Shown one piece after another: positions 28,698 through 36,223 of a stretch of DNA of 47,798 nt (position 1 is the first letter of the stretch; every line of letters begins with the position of its first letter). Location: assembly GCA_014382605.1 (NCBI GenBank), contig JACNJM010000253.1, forward strand, positions 1,385-49,182, in the 5' to 3' direction. Source of the stretch: Anaerolineae bacterium (GTDB taxonomy: Bacteria > Chloroflexota > Anaerolineae > Anaerolineales > UBA11858). A program made the position numbers and the translations under genes. Under the pieces are notes generated by a model. That model was given only the letters and a program-made list of their open reading frames with translations, was not told the origin of the DNA and ran no database searches.

Positions 28698-28792
28698 CCT
28701 GTACACCCTTATTTTATTTCGAGCCAGCGGCGAGAAATCTCTGAGATAAGGGTACAGGGATTCCTCCTTGCGCTCCCTGCGGTCGGAATGAC
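28698..28792. repeat. REP-like structured intergenic element
   Basis: ttatttcgagc...gcgagaaat hairpin, gattcctc...gtcggaatgac tail, and a cctgtacacccttat / ataagggtacagg inverted pair. Confidence 0.45.
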
Positions 28793-28829
28793 AAATGCCG
28801 ATCATCCCAAAAAATACGGAAAATGACTG

Positions 28830-29609
28830 ATGCAACCTACACTGAGCGACCTGATTAAAATGGCCCGCACGGCTGGCGAAATTGTCCGCCAGGGGTATGG
28901 CAAACAACACGATGTACAACTCAAAGGCGAGATTGATCTAGTTACCGAAGTTGACCGCCGCTCAGAAGAATTCTTACTCAGTGCGCTGGCCGAGCGTTTT
29001 CCAGGCCAGCATGTGATCGCTGAGGAGAGCGGTTTGCGAGAAGGTCTTGGCGAGCAGCGCTGGATTGTGGATCCTCTGGATGGCACGGTCAATTATGCGC
29101 ACGGCATTCCCTTCTTTTCGGTTTCAATTGCCTTTGCGGTGGGGGATGTACTTACCCTGGGGGTGGTTTACGACCCGATGCGGGATGAGTGTTTCAGTGC
29201 AGAACGCGGGCAAGGCGCATGGCTCAACGGGACTCCTTTGAAGGTGACTGCTGTACCCGAGCTGGGGCAAAGCCTCCTGGTGACGGGCTTTTACTACGAT
29301 TCGTGGCGTAACCCGGAAAATAACCTCGATAATTTCGCCAGGCTAACTTTGCGAACTCAGGGCGTGCGGCGTTTAGGCTCGGCAGCTTTGGATTTATGCT
29401 ATGTTGCTGCGGGGCGTTTCGATGGCTATTGGGAATTGCGCCTGGGGGCCTGGGATATGGCGGCTGGGGTATTGATTGCGCAGGAAGCCGGGGCATTGGT
29501 CACAAGTGCGCGTGGCGAGCAGGATTATTTTAAGCCACCCTACTCGGTTTTGGCAGCTAACCCGGTTTTGCACGCCAAAATTCTGGCCGTATTACGGGGG
29601 TCAGATTAA
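28830..29609 (+). CDS. suhB: Inositol monophosphatase family protein
   Basis: DLVTEVD, AEE, WIVDPLDGTVNY, RRLGSAALDLCYVAAGRFDG, WDMAAG. Confidence 0.9.
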   Translation: MQPTLSDLIKMARTAGEIVRQGYGKQHDVQLKGEIDLVTEVDRRSEEFLLSALAERFPGQHVIAEESGLREGLGEQRWIVDPLDGTVNYAHGIPFFSVSIAFAVGDVLTLGVVYDPMRDECFSAERGQGAWLNGTPLKVTAVPELGQSLLVTGFYYDSWRNPENNLDNFARLTLRTQGVRRLGSAALDLCYVAAGRFDGYWELRLGAWDMAAGVLIAQEAGALVTSARGEQDYFKPPYSVLAANPVLHAKILAVLRGSD

Positions 29610-30412
29610 CTCAATAATTTCTCAAGCATTTCCGGCAAGACCCGCGACGTCAGGTCTAAACTCAAAGGGGTCACTGAAACATGCTTGCGGGTGAAAAGTG
29701 CATGAACATCCGAATCGGCAGAAGCTTCCCGCCAACTTTCGTTGACACGGTAGCCCATCACCGTGGGCTGATCCCAGGATGTGCGTTCTGGCTTTTCGGC
29801 GTGGTAATATCGTACTCGTGAAAGCCGGGTAATCTCCCAGGGCGTTTCCTGCGTGGCTTGAGCCGGAATCTCTACTTTGAGCACATCCACATCCGAGGGC
29901 ATCTGTTTTTGCAGTAATTTGCCCCCAAAATAAGCCGTAAAAAAAGCCGCGGCAGAAAAATCGACTTCTTGCGAATAGGAAAGGTGGTGTTCCAGTTTGG
30001 TGTCTAAAGAGATAGCCAGGGACGGGATGCCCAACGCAGCCGCTTCGAGCGCCGCGCCAACCGTGCCCGAAATGGTCACGCCGCTGCCGATATTAGCTCC
30101 GTAGTTAATCCCCGAAACCACCAGATCGGGCAAGCGAGGCATCACTTCCAACGCGCCGTGCAGCACGGCCTGGGCAGGCGATCCGCCCACCGCGTAAACC
30201 GTCCAGATACGGTCGTTGACTTGGAGTTGTTCAGGCGTAATCAGGCCATCGGTTGTATTGGGCAGGCTGCGCCCCATCCCCGAACTTTGCTCACGCGGGG
30301 CGGCCACAGTAACATAACCAATCGCTTCCAAGGCGGCCGCCGCGGCCCACAGGCCCGGCGAGCGAATGCCATCATCATTGGTGAGTAAGATTTGGGGTTT
30401 TTCAATTTTCAT
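29606..30412 (-). CDS. surE: 5'/3'-nucleotidase SurE
   Basis: ILLTNDDG, VAAPREQSS, GSPA, VVSGINYGAN, SGTVGAALEA, SVTPL; start reassigned to the ATG at 30412. Confidence 0.93.
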   Translation of the reverse strand: MKIEKPQILLTNDDGIRSPGLWAAAAALEAIGYVTVAAPREQSSGMGRSLPNTTDGLITPEQLQVNDRIWTVYAVGGSPAQAVLHGALEVMPRLPDLVVSGINYGANIGSGVTISGTVGAALEAAALGIPSLAISLDTKLEHHLSYSQEVDFSAAAFFTAYFGGKLLQKQMPSDVDVLKVEIPAQATQETPWEITRLSRVRYYHAEKPERTSWDQPTVMGYRVNESWREASADSDVHALFTRKHVSVTPLSLDLTSRVLPEMLEKLLS

Positions 30413-30416
30413 AGAT

Positions 30417-30445
30417 AAAAAAAGAGAGCGGGATTTTCCCGCTCT
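30417..30445 (-). terminator. Intrinsic terminator of the tRNA operon
   Basis: Minus strand agagcggga-aaa-tcccgctct followed by a T-tract. Confidence 0.8.
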
Positions 30446-30451
30446 AATCTG

Positions 30452-30524
30452 CGCTCTCGGCGCGACTCGAACGCGCGACCCCTTAGTCCGCAACCAAGTG
30501 CTCTATCCACTGAGCTACGAGAGC
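30452..30524 (-). tRNA. tRNA-Arg (anticodon GCG)
   Basis: Acceptor gctctcg/cgagagc, D arm tagctcagtggatagagc, anticodon arm cttgg-tt-GCG-ga-ctaag, T loop gttcgag; CCA not encoded. Confidence 0.92.
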
Positions 30525-30529
30525 AAAGG

Positions 30530-30618
30530 CGGGGAGGGCGGGATTCGAACCCGCGGTCGAGTTTTACCCCGACAACCGCTTAGCAGGCGGCCCCAATCAA
30601 CCACTCTGGCACCTCCCC
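30530..30618 (-). tRNA. tRNA-Ser (anticodon GCT)
   Basis: ggggagg/cctcccc acceptor, gccgc-ct-GCT-aa-gcggt, long variable arm, ggttcgaatccc. Confidence 0.95.
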
Positions 30619-30628
30619 AAGAAGTGCA

Positions 30629-30682
30629 GAATTATGAATGCAGAATACGAAATTAACGTTTCGTATTCTGCATTCATAATTC
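30629..30682. repeat. 24-bp perfect inverted repeat with about 7-nt periodicity between tRNA genes
   Basis: gaattatgaatgcagaatacgaaa-ttaacg-tttcgtattctgcattcataattc. Confidence 0.75.
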
Positions 30683-30696
30683 ACCATTTGTTAAGG

Positions 30697-30781
30697 CGGA
30701 GGGAGTGGGATTCGAACCCACGATGGATTGCTCCATACCTGTTTTCAAGACAGGCGCCTTCGTCCACTCGGCCATCCCTCC
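30697..30781 (-). tRNA. tRNA-Ser (anticodon TGA)
   Basis: ggaggga/tccctcc acceptor, cctgt-ct-TGA-aa-acagg, long variable arm, ggttcgaatccc. Confidence 0.95.
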
Positions 30782-30819
30782 GGGGCGTGGGTTGGGAGAA
30801 CCCCTCCCAAGCGGGCTGA

Positions 30820-30848
30820 ATTCTACCATAGGTGAATCGGCGTGACAA
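30820..30848 (-). promoter_or_regulatory. Sigma70 promoter of the tRNA operon
   Basis: Minus strand TTGTCA-17 nt-TAGAAT with an extended TG. Confidence 0.7.
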
Positions 30849-30867
30849 TATTGCTGTTGAACTTCCC

Positions 30868-30896
30868 TTGACCAAACATCCCTTACAAGCTAGAAT
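30868..30896 (+). promoter_or_regulatory. Sigma70 promoter of ffh
   Basis: TTGACC-17 nt-TAGAAT. Confidence 0.75.
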
Positions 30897-30952
30897 TCAG
30901 CGTTGCGGTTGGCCTGTTGTAGTGGTTGCCAGCCGCAATTTTGATGTTTATT

Positions 30953-32275
30953 ATGTTTGAGAATCTGACAGGCCGCCTCAACGAAGTTTTCGACAAATTG
31001 CGCCGCCGGGGCAAGCTCTCTGAACGCGATGTCGATGATGCCATGCGCGAAGTTCGTCTGGCTTTGTTGGAAGCGGATGTACATTACAAAGTTGCCAAAG
31101 AGTTTATCGCCCGCGTGCGCGAGCGCGCCGTCGGTCACGAAGTTTCGCGAGCGCTCAACCCCGGCCAGCAAATTATCAAGATTGTCAACGAAGAGTTGAT
31201 TGCCACGCTTGGCCAGGCCGCTCCGCTTGATTTGCGTGGTCCCAAACCGCGTGTCATCATGCTGGTGGGCTTGCAGGGCGCTGGTAAAACCACGGCGGCT
31301 GGAAAACTGGCGCGTATTTTGCGCGGGCAGGGTGAACGCGTGCTGATGGTTGCTGGCGACCCGTACCGCCCGGCGGCTGTGCAGCAGTTGCAAACCCTCG
31401 GCGAACGTTTGGGAATCGAAGTTTTTGCCCAGCCCGATATTGCTCCCCCCGAACTTGCCAAACGTGCCCATGATAAGGCGCAAAAGGGCGGTTTTGGTGC
31501 GGTCATTCTGGACACGGCCGGTCGCTCACAACTGGATGATACCCTGATGACCGAACTTCAGGCCATTACCGCGAAAGTGGATTTGACCGAAGTGCTGCTG
31601 GTTGTGGATGCCATGATCGGTCAGGAAGCGGTCAATATTGCCCAGGGTTTTCGCGAAGCGGTTCCGCTCTCGGGGTTGATCCTCACTAAGATGGATGGCG
31701 ATGCCCGCGGGGGCGCGGCGATCTCTATTCGCTCGGTCACTGGCGTGCCGATCAAATTCTTGGGTGTGGGCGAAGGCTTGGACGCGCTCGAAGTTTACGA
31801 TCCATCGCGCTTGTCTTCGCGCATTCTGGGGATGGGTGATGTCATCGGCCTGATCGAAAAAGCCGAGGCGGCCTTTGACACGGATACCGCCGAAGCGCAG
31901 GCCAAAAAGCTCATGTCGGGCGAGTTCACCCTTGAGGATTTCGGCGACCAACTCAAACAGGTGCGCAAGATGGGCCCGATTGGTCAACTGCTCGATATGG
32001 TCCCCGGCGGCATGGGTCAGATGGCAAAATCGGTGGATCCGCAAGAAGCCGAACAACAGCTCAAAAGAACGGAAGCCATTCTGAGTTCGATGACTGTGGC
32101 AGAGCGCCGCAAACCTAAACTCCTGAACGCCAGCCGCAAACGGCGAATTGCCTCGGGGTCTGGCACCCAGGTTCAGGATGTTAATCAATTGTTGAAACAG
32201 TATCGGGAAGCGCAGCGCATGATGAAGACCTTGCGAAAGTCAGGGATGCGCGGCCTCTCTGGTTTGTTTGGATAA
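30953..32275 (+). CDS. ffh: Signal recognition particle protein
   Basis: MFENLT, ALLEADV, GLQGAGKTT, DTAGR, TKMDGDARGGAA, RILGMGD, SRKRRIASGSG. Confidence 0.97.
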   Translation: MFENLTGRLNEVFDKLRRRGKLSERDVDDAMREVRLALLEADVHYKVAKEFIARVRERAVGHEVSRALNPGQQIIKIVNEELIATLGQAAPLDLRGPKPRVIMLVGLQGAGKTTAAGKLARILRGQGERVLMVAGDPYRPAAVQQLQTLGERLGIEVFAQPDIAPPELAKRAHDKAQKGGFGAVILDTAGRSQLDDTLMTELQAITAKVDLTEVLLVVDAMIGQEAVNIAQGFREAVPLSGLILTKMDGDARGGAAISIRSVTGVPIKFLGVGEGLDALEVYDPSRLSSRILGMGDVIGLIEKAEAAFDTDTAEAQAKKLMSGEFTLEDFGDQLKQVRKMGPIGQLLDMVPGGMGQMAKSVDPQEAEQQLKRTEAILSSMTVAERRKPKLLNASRKRRIASGSGTQVQDVNQLLKQYREAQRMMKTLRKSGMRGLSGLFG

Positions 32276-32389
32276 AACGTAAAGCAGAAGCAGTGTGCGC
32301 CCCTTCAGCGCAACCCCTCTCACTGTAGATGGCGATACGACACTATATATTAATACCCAATATCTGTAACTGAAGGAGACAGATCAATT

Positions 32390-32842
32390 ATGGTACGCAT
32401 TCGACTGCGCCGCATTGGCGCAAAAAAGCAGCCCAGCTATCGTGTTGTGGCAGCAGACAAAGAAAGCCCCCGCGATGGACGTTTTCTGGAAGTTTTGGGT
32501 TTTTATAACCCGCGTACAGAGCCATCAACAATTGAATTCACCGAAGATCGCGTGTATCACTGGTTGAGTGTTGGTGCACAGCCTTCGGATTCTGTGAGTA
32601 GCTTGTTTCGGCAGGTTGGTTTGATGGATCGTTTCGAACGCTTCAAAGCTGGTGAAGCTGTTGAAAAACTACTTGAAGAAGCCGCTGCTGCTATGGAAGC
32701 TCGTAATGTTGATCCGCGCACCCGTCGCGATGATTTGATTGCACAGGCTGCAAAAGCGAAACCCGCCGAACCAAAAGCAGAACCGCAGGTGGAAGAAACT
32801 GAAGCTGAAACTGAAGCTGAAACTGAAACCGAAGAAGCATAA
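32390..32842 (+). CDS. rpsP: 30S ribosomal protein S16 with acidic C-terminal extension
   Basis: MVRIRLRRIGAKKQPSYRVVAAD...PRDGRFLE, WLSVGAQPSD; tail encoded by a gaaact/gaagct tandem repeat. Confidence 0.96.
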   Translation: MVRIRLRRIGAKKQPSYRVVAADKESPRDGRFLEVLGFYNPRTEPSTIEFTEDRVYHWLSVGAQPSDSVSSLFRQVGLMDRFERFKAGEAVEKLLEEAAAAMEARNVDPRTRRDDLIAQAAKAKPAEPKAEPQVEETEAETEAETETEEA

Positions 32843-32949
32843 GTTTGTGACAGTTTCTGATACGATAGGTGTGTGACGCAAAAATTGGTTTGCATGCCTA
32901 TCGATTGAATTTCTTTTCTAGAATTGATGAGAAATATGGGAGGTGCTTT

Positions 32950-33186
32950 GTGAAAAGCCTGGTAGAGTTCATTGCTCGTTCGCTCGTAAATGATCCGATG
33001 GAAGTTGTCGTAGATCAGAAAAACCACGGTTCCAAAGTTTATTTACACCTCCGGGTTGCGAAAGAAGACATGGGACGCGTAATTGGTAAAGGGGGGCGTG
33101 TAGCCAATGCCATTCGTAGGCTGCTTTATGTTGCCGCAGCGCGCGAAGGTAAAAACGCCACTCTTGATATTGATGATCCACGATGA
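32950..33186 (+). CDS. khpA: KH-domain RNA-binding protein KhpA (YlqC)
   Basis: GTG at 32950 after RBS ggagg; DMGRVIGKGGRVANAIR; canonical position between rpsP and rimM. Confidence 0.9.
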   Translation: MKSLVEFIARSLVNDPMEVVVDQKNHGSKVYLHLRVAKEDMGRVIGKGGRVANAIRRLLYVAAAREGKNATLDIDDPR

Positions 33187-33752
33187 TCTTTGAACGCATC
33201 AATTTTTCTCCTGAGCATAAAGCAGGCTCGTCACAAATGGGTGGCGAGCCTGAATTCTTAGTCGTTGGGAAGCTGCGTAAACCGCACGGGCTACGCGGTG
33301 AGATGCTCATGTCCGTGTGGACAGATTTCCCCGAGCGCATACTGCCCGGTAATATGCTCTATGCTGGCGAAGCGCACCGACCCCTGGAAATTGAGAGCGT
33401 CCGTTGGCATCGGCAGGATTTACTGATCGCTTTTTCTGGCTTGCTCGACCGCGAGCAGGTTGGCGAATTTCGCAATCAAATTATTTCTGTGCGCGCCGCG
33501 GATAGCCCCGAATTGGATGAAGGCGAATACTATCTACACCAATTGCTGGGCTTGCAAGTCATCGAAGACGCTACCGGGCATTTGCTGGGCAGCGTAGAAA
33601 AAATCATTGACACGGGCGCTAACGATGTCTTTCTGGTACGCTCACCAAATGGCGGCGAAGTATTGCTCCCAGATATTGAATCGGTTGTTCTGTCTATTGA
33701 TTTGAAAGAAAGTCAGATTCGGGTTCATTTGCTGCCCGGGTTAATTGTGTAA
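33183..33752 (+). CDS. rimM: 16S rRNA processing protein RimM
   Basis: VGKLRKPHGLRGE, EYYLHQLLGL, TGANDV. Confidence 0.93.
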   Translation: MIFERINFSPEHKAGSSQMGGEPEFLVVGKLRKPHGLRGEMLMSVWTDFPERILPGNMLYAGEAHRPLEIESVRWHRQDLLIAFSGLLDREQVGEFRNQIISVRAADSPELDEGEYYLHQLLGLQVIEDATGHLLGSVEKIIDTGANDVFLVRSPNGGEVLLPDIESVVLSIDLKESQIRVHLLPGLIV

Positions 33753-33770
33753 ATATAGAGATGTAGATGT

Positions 33771-33815
33771 AAAAAAGGGAGTGGCGATGGCTATGGCAGC
33801 GCCACTCCCTTTTTT
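33771..33815. terminator. Bidirectional intrinsic terminator after rimM
   Basis: aaaaaagggagtggcg...cgccactccctttttt. Confidence 0.85.
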
Positions 33816-33820
33816 GCGCC

Positions 33821-33850
33821 TTGACACATAAAAAAACAATATGGTATTCT
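33821..33850 (+). promoter_or_regulatory. Sigma70-type promoter upstream of dprA
   Basis: TTGACA-18 nt-TATTCT with an extended TG. Confidence 0.55.
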
Positions 33851-33993
33851 GATGCACGCTTTTTTGACTGCTTTACGAAGATTCTCGCGGGAAGCCCTAG
33901 ATATTTGGGTGTATCTTCCAAGAGAAGTGGGGGGAAGCAAGCTGTGACTGGCTTGAGCTGCCCCATAAAAATCGACTGAACCAGGGGTTGGTG

Positions 33994-35109
33994 TTGACAG
34001 AGAATCAGAAATATTGGGTTGGTTTCAACTTGGTCAAAGGGATTGGCGCAGTCCGTTTGCAAAGATTGCTGGAATATTTTGGTGATCTGGAAACCGCCTG
34101 GAATGCGTCTCCTGAAACTCTTTGTGAAGCGGGTTTAAGCCAGCGCATTGTTGCCAACTTTGTTCAACTGCGCAAGGATGTTGATCTGGCCGATGTTTTG
34201 CAAGCTATTCAGGCACAAGGGATCCGTGTACTCACCTGGGATGATGAAGATTATCCCGCGCGGCTCAAGGCATTGGATACCGCGCCTCCGGTGCTTTTTC
34301 TGCGTGGGGAGTTGATCCCAGAAGATGAGTGGGCCGTTGCCATAGTGGGGACGCGCCGCATCACAGCCTATGGCCGTCAAGTGACCGAGAGCATCGTGCG
34401 CACCCTGGTGCGTAATGGTGTGACGATTATCAGTGGCCTGGCGCGCGGCGTTGATGGGATTGCACATAAAGCTGCGTTGGATGCTGGCGGGCGCACAATT
34501 GCTGTGCTAGGCAGCGGCGTAGATCGTATTTATCCACCGGAGCATCGCGGGCTGGCCGAGCAAATTGCTCAGAATGGCGCGATCCTTAGCGATTATTCCG
34601 TTGGTACGCACCCCGATGCGCGTAATTTTCCGCCGCGCAATCGCATTATTGCCGGACTTTCGATGGCAACGGTGGTTGTGGAGGCAGGCCGCAAAAGCGG
34701 CGCGCTGATTACCGCCGAATTCGCTGCCGAACAAGGGCGTGAGGTATTTGCCGTGCCGGGAAACGTGCTGACCCCACAAAGCAAAGGCACAAATTGGCTG
34801 ATCCAACAAGGCGCTCACCCTTTGTTGGATCCGGAAGAAATTTTACAAACGCTGGATTTGACCATGATCTCAGCCCATCGACAGGCTCGCACGGTATTGC
34901 CTGCCGATGCCACTGAAGCACAATTATTTGCTGTGCTCGATCATAGTCCTGTGCATGTAGATGAAATTCGCTCCCGCACGAACTTACCCATTGAGCAAGT
35001 TACCGCCGCCCTGGCGATGATGGAACTCAAAGGCATGGTGCGTCAGGTCAGCGGAATGCGTTATTATGCTGTGCGCGAAGTTGGTTCCGATTATCATACG
35101 GATAAGTGA
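33994..35109 (+). CDS. dprA: DNA-processing protein DprA
   Basis: YPARL, AIVGTR, SGLARGVDG, FPPRNRIIAGLS, VVEAGRKSGALITA, C-terminal winged helix; start could be 33988, 33991 or 33994. Confidence 0.95.
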   Translation: MTENQKYWVGFNLVKGIGAVRLQRLLEYFGDLETAWNASPETLCEAGLSQRIVANFVQLRKDVDLADVLQAIQAQGIRVLTWDDEDYPARLKALDTAPPVLFLRGELIPEDEWAVAIVGTRRITAYGRQVTESIVRTLVRNGVTIISGLARGVDGIAHKAALDAGGRTIAVLGSGVDRIYPPEHRGLAEQIAQNGAILSDYSVGTHPDARNFPPRNRIIAGLSMATVVVEAGRKSGALITAEFAAEQGREVFAVPGNVLTPQSKGTNWLIQQGAHPLLDPEEILQTLDLTMISAHRQARTVLPADATEAQLFAVLDHSPVHVDEIRSRTNLPIEQVTAALAMMELKGMVRQVSGMRYYAVREVGSDYHTDK

Positions 35110-35112
35110 TGA

Positions 35113-36201
35113 ATGAATGAGCATTATTATGCCGTGATTATGGCTGGCGGTGGTGGTACTCGTCTTTGGCCGTTATCGCGGGTTGCAAACCCAAAACAGA
35201 TGCTCCCTTTGGTTGGGGAACGTTCTTTATTCCAAATCTCCGTTGACCGCCTGGATGGTATTTTTGCGCCAGAACGCATCTTTGTTGTTACCGTAGCGGA
35301 GCAGGCGGCGGCATTGCAGGCACAGTGCCCCCAAATTCCGGTTGAGAATTATTTGTTAGAGCCAATGCCGCGTGGCACCGCCTCGGTGGTGGGGCTGGCC
35401 GCGGTTGCGCTGGCGGCGCGTGATCCGCAGGCAATAATGGCTGTACTAACTGCCGACCATATCTTTAAAAACGAAGGCTATTTCCAGGCATTATTGCTGG
35501 CTGCTTTTGATGCCGCTCAAGACGGACATCTGGTTACGCTGGGCATTGCGCCTACATTTCCGGCGACGGGTTATGGCTATATCCAGCAGGGCGAGCGGGT
35601 TGCCAAATATCAGGATTTGAATGCCTATGCTGTACGCCGTTTTGTAGAGAAGCCCGATGAGTCATACGCTCGTGAAATGCTCGCAAGCGGCGATCACGCC
35701 TGGAACTCGGGGATGTTCGTCTGGCAGGTGGCGCGCATTCAGGCTGAATTTCGTCGCCAGATGCCAGAACTTGCCTCAATGTTAAATGAAATCTCCGAGG
35801 CCTGGAACCAACCCCAGAGCGAGTCCGTTGTGCGGCGGCTTTGGCCGCAAATTCAACCGGAAACGATTGATTATGGCATTATGGAAAATGCTGAGGATGT
35901 TGTTGTGATCCCCGCGGAAGGATTGGGCTGGAATGATGTTGGGAGTTGGGAGGCGCTGTTTGATATTTTTCCTGCCGATGAGCGGGGAAATATCGCACTG
36001 GGGGGGCGGCATCTGGCCCTCGATACACAACAAACATTGGTCTTCACATCCAATGAAGAGCGTCTGATTGTGACCATTGGGGTGGATGATTTGGTGGTGG
36101 TGGACACCGGAGATGTTTTAATGGTTTGCAAGAAAGATCAGGCGCAAAAAGTTCGCCAGATTGTACAAAATTTAAAAGCGACGGGTCGCCAGTATTTGTA
36201 G
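35113..36201 (+). CDS. manC: Mannose-1-phosphate guanylyltransferase
   Basis: IMAGGGGTRLWPLSR..PKQ, EPMPRGTA, ADH, TGYGYI, FVEKP, WNSGMF, IDYGIME, WNDVGSW. Confidence 0.88.
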   Translation: MNEHYYAVIMAGGGGTRLWPLSRVANPKQMLPLVGERSLFQISVDRLDGIFAPERIFVVTVAEQAAALQAQCPQIPVENYLLEPMPRGTASVVGLAAVALAARDPQAIMAVLTADHIFKNEGYFQALLLAAFDAAQDGHLVTLGIAPTFPATGYGYIQQGERVAKYQDLNAYAVRRFVEKPDESYAREMLASGDHAWNSGMFVWQVARIQAEFRRQMPELASMLNEISEAWNQPQSESVVRRLWPQIQPETIDYGIMENAEDVVVIPAEGLGWNDVGSWEALFDIFPADERGNIALGGRHLALDTQQTLVFTSNEERLIVTIGVDDLVVVDTGDVLMVCKKDQAQKVRQIVQNLKATGRQYL

Positions 36202-36223
36202 GCGGCATGTGTTTGGAGTTTTT

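Noticed and set aside
30413-30493. surE extension in the ORF track
   Set aside because: Overlaps tRNA-Arg and its terminator
30452-30781. tRNA-targeted prophage or genomic island
   Set aside because: No integrase, no duplicated tRNA 3' end seen, and housekeeping genes on both sides
32795-32833. Hexamer tandem repeat as a phase-variation tract
   Set aside because: In frame (unit of 6 nt); it simply encodes the acidic ETEA tail of S16
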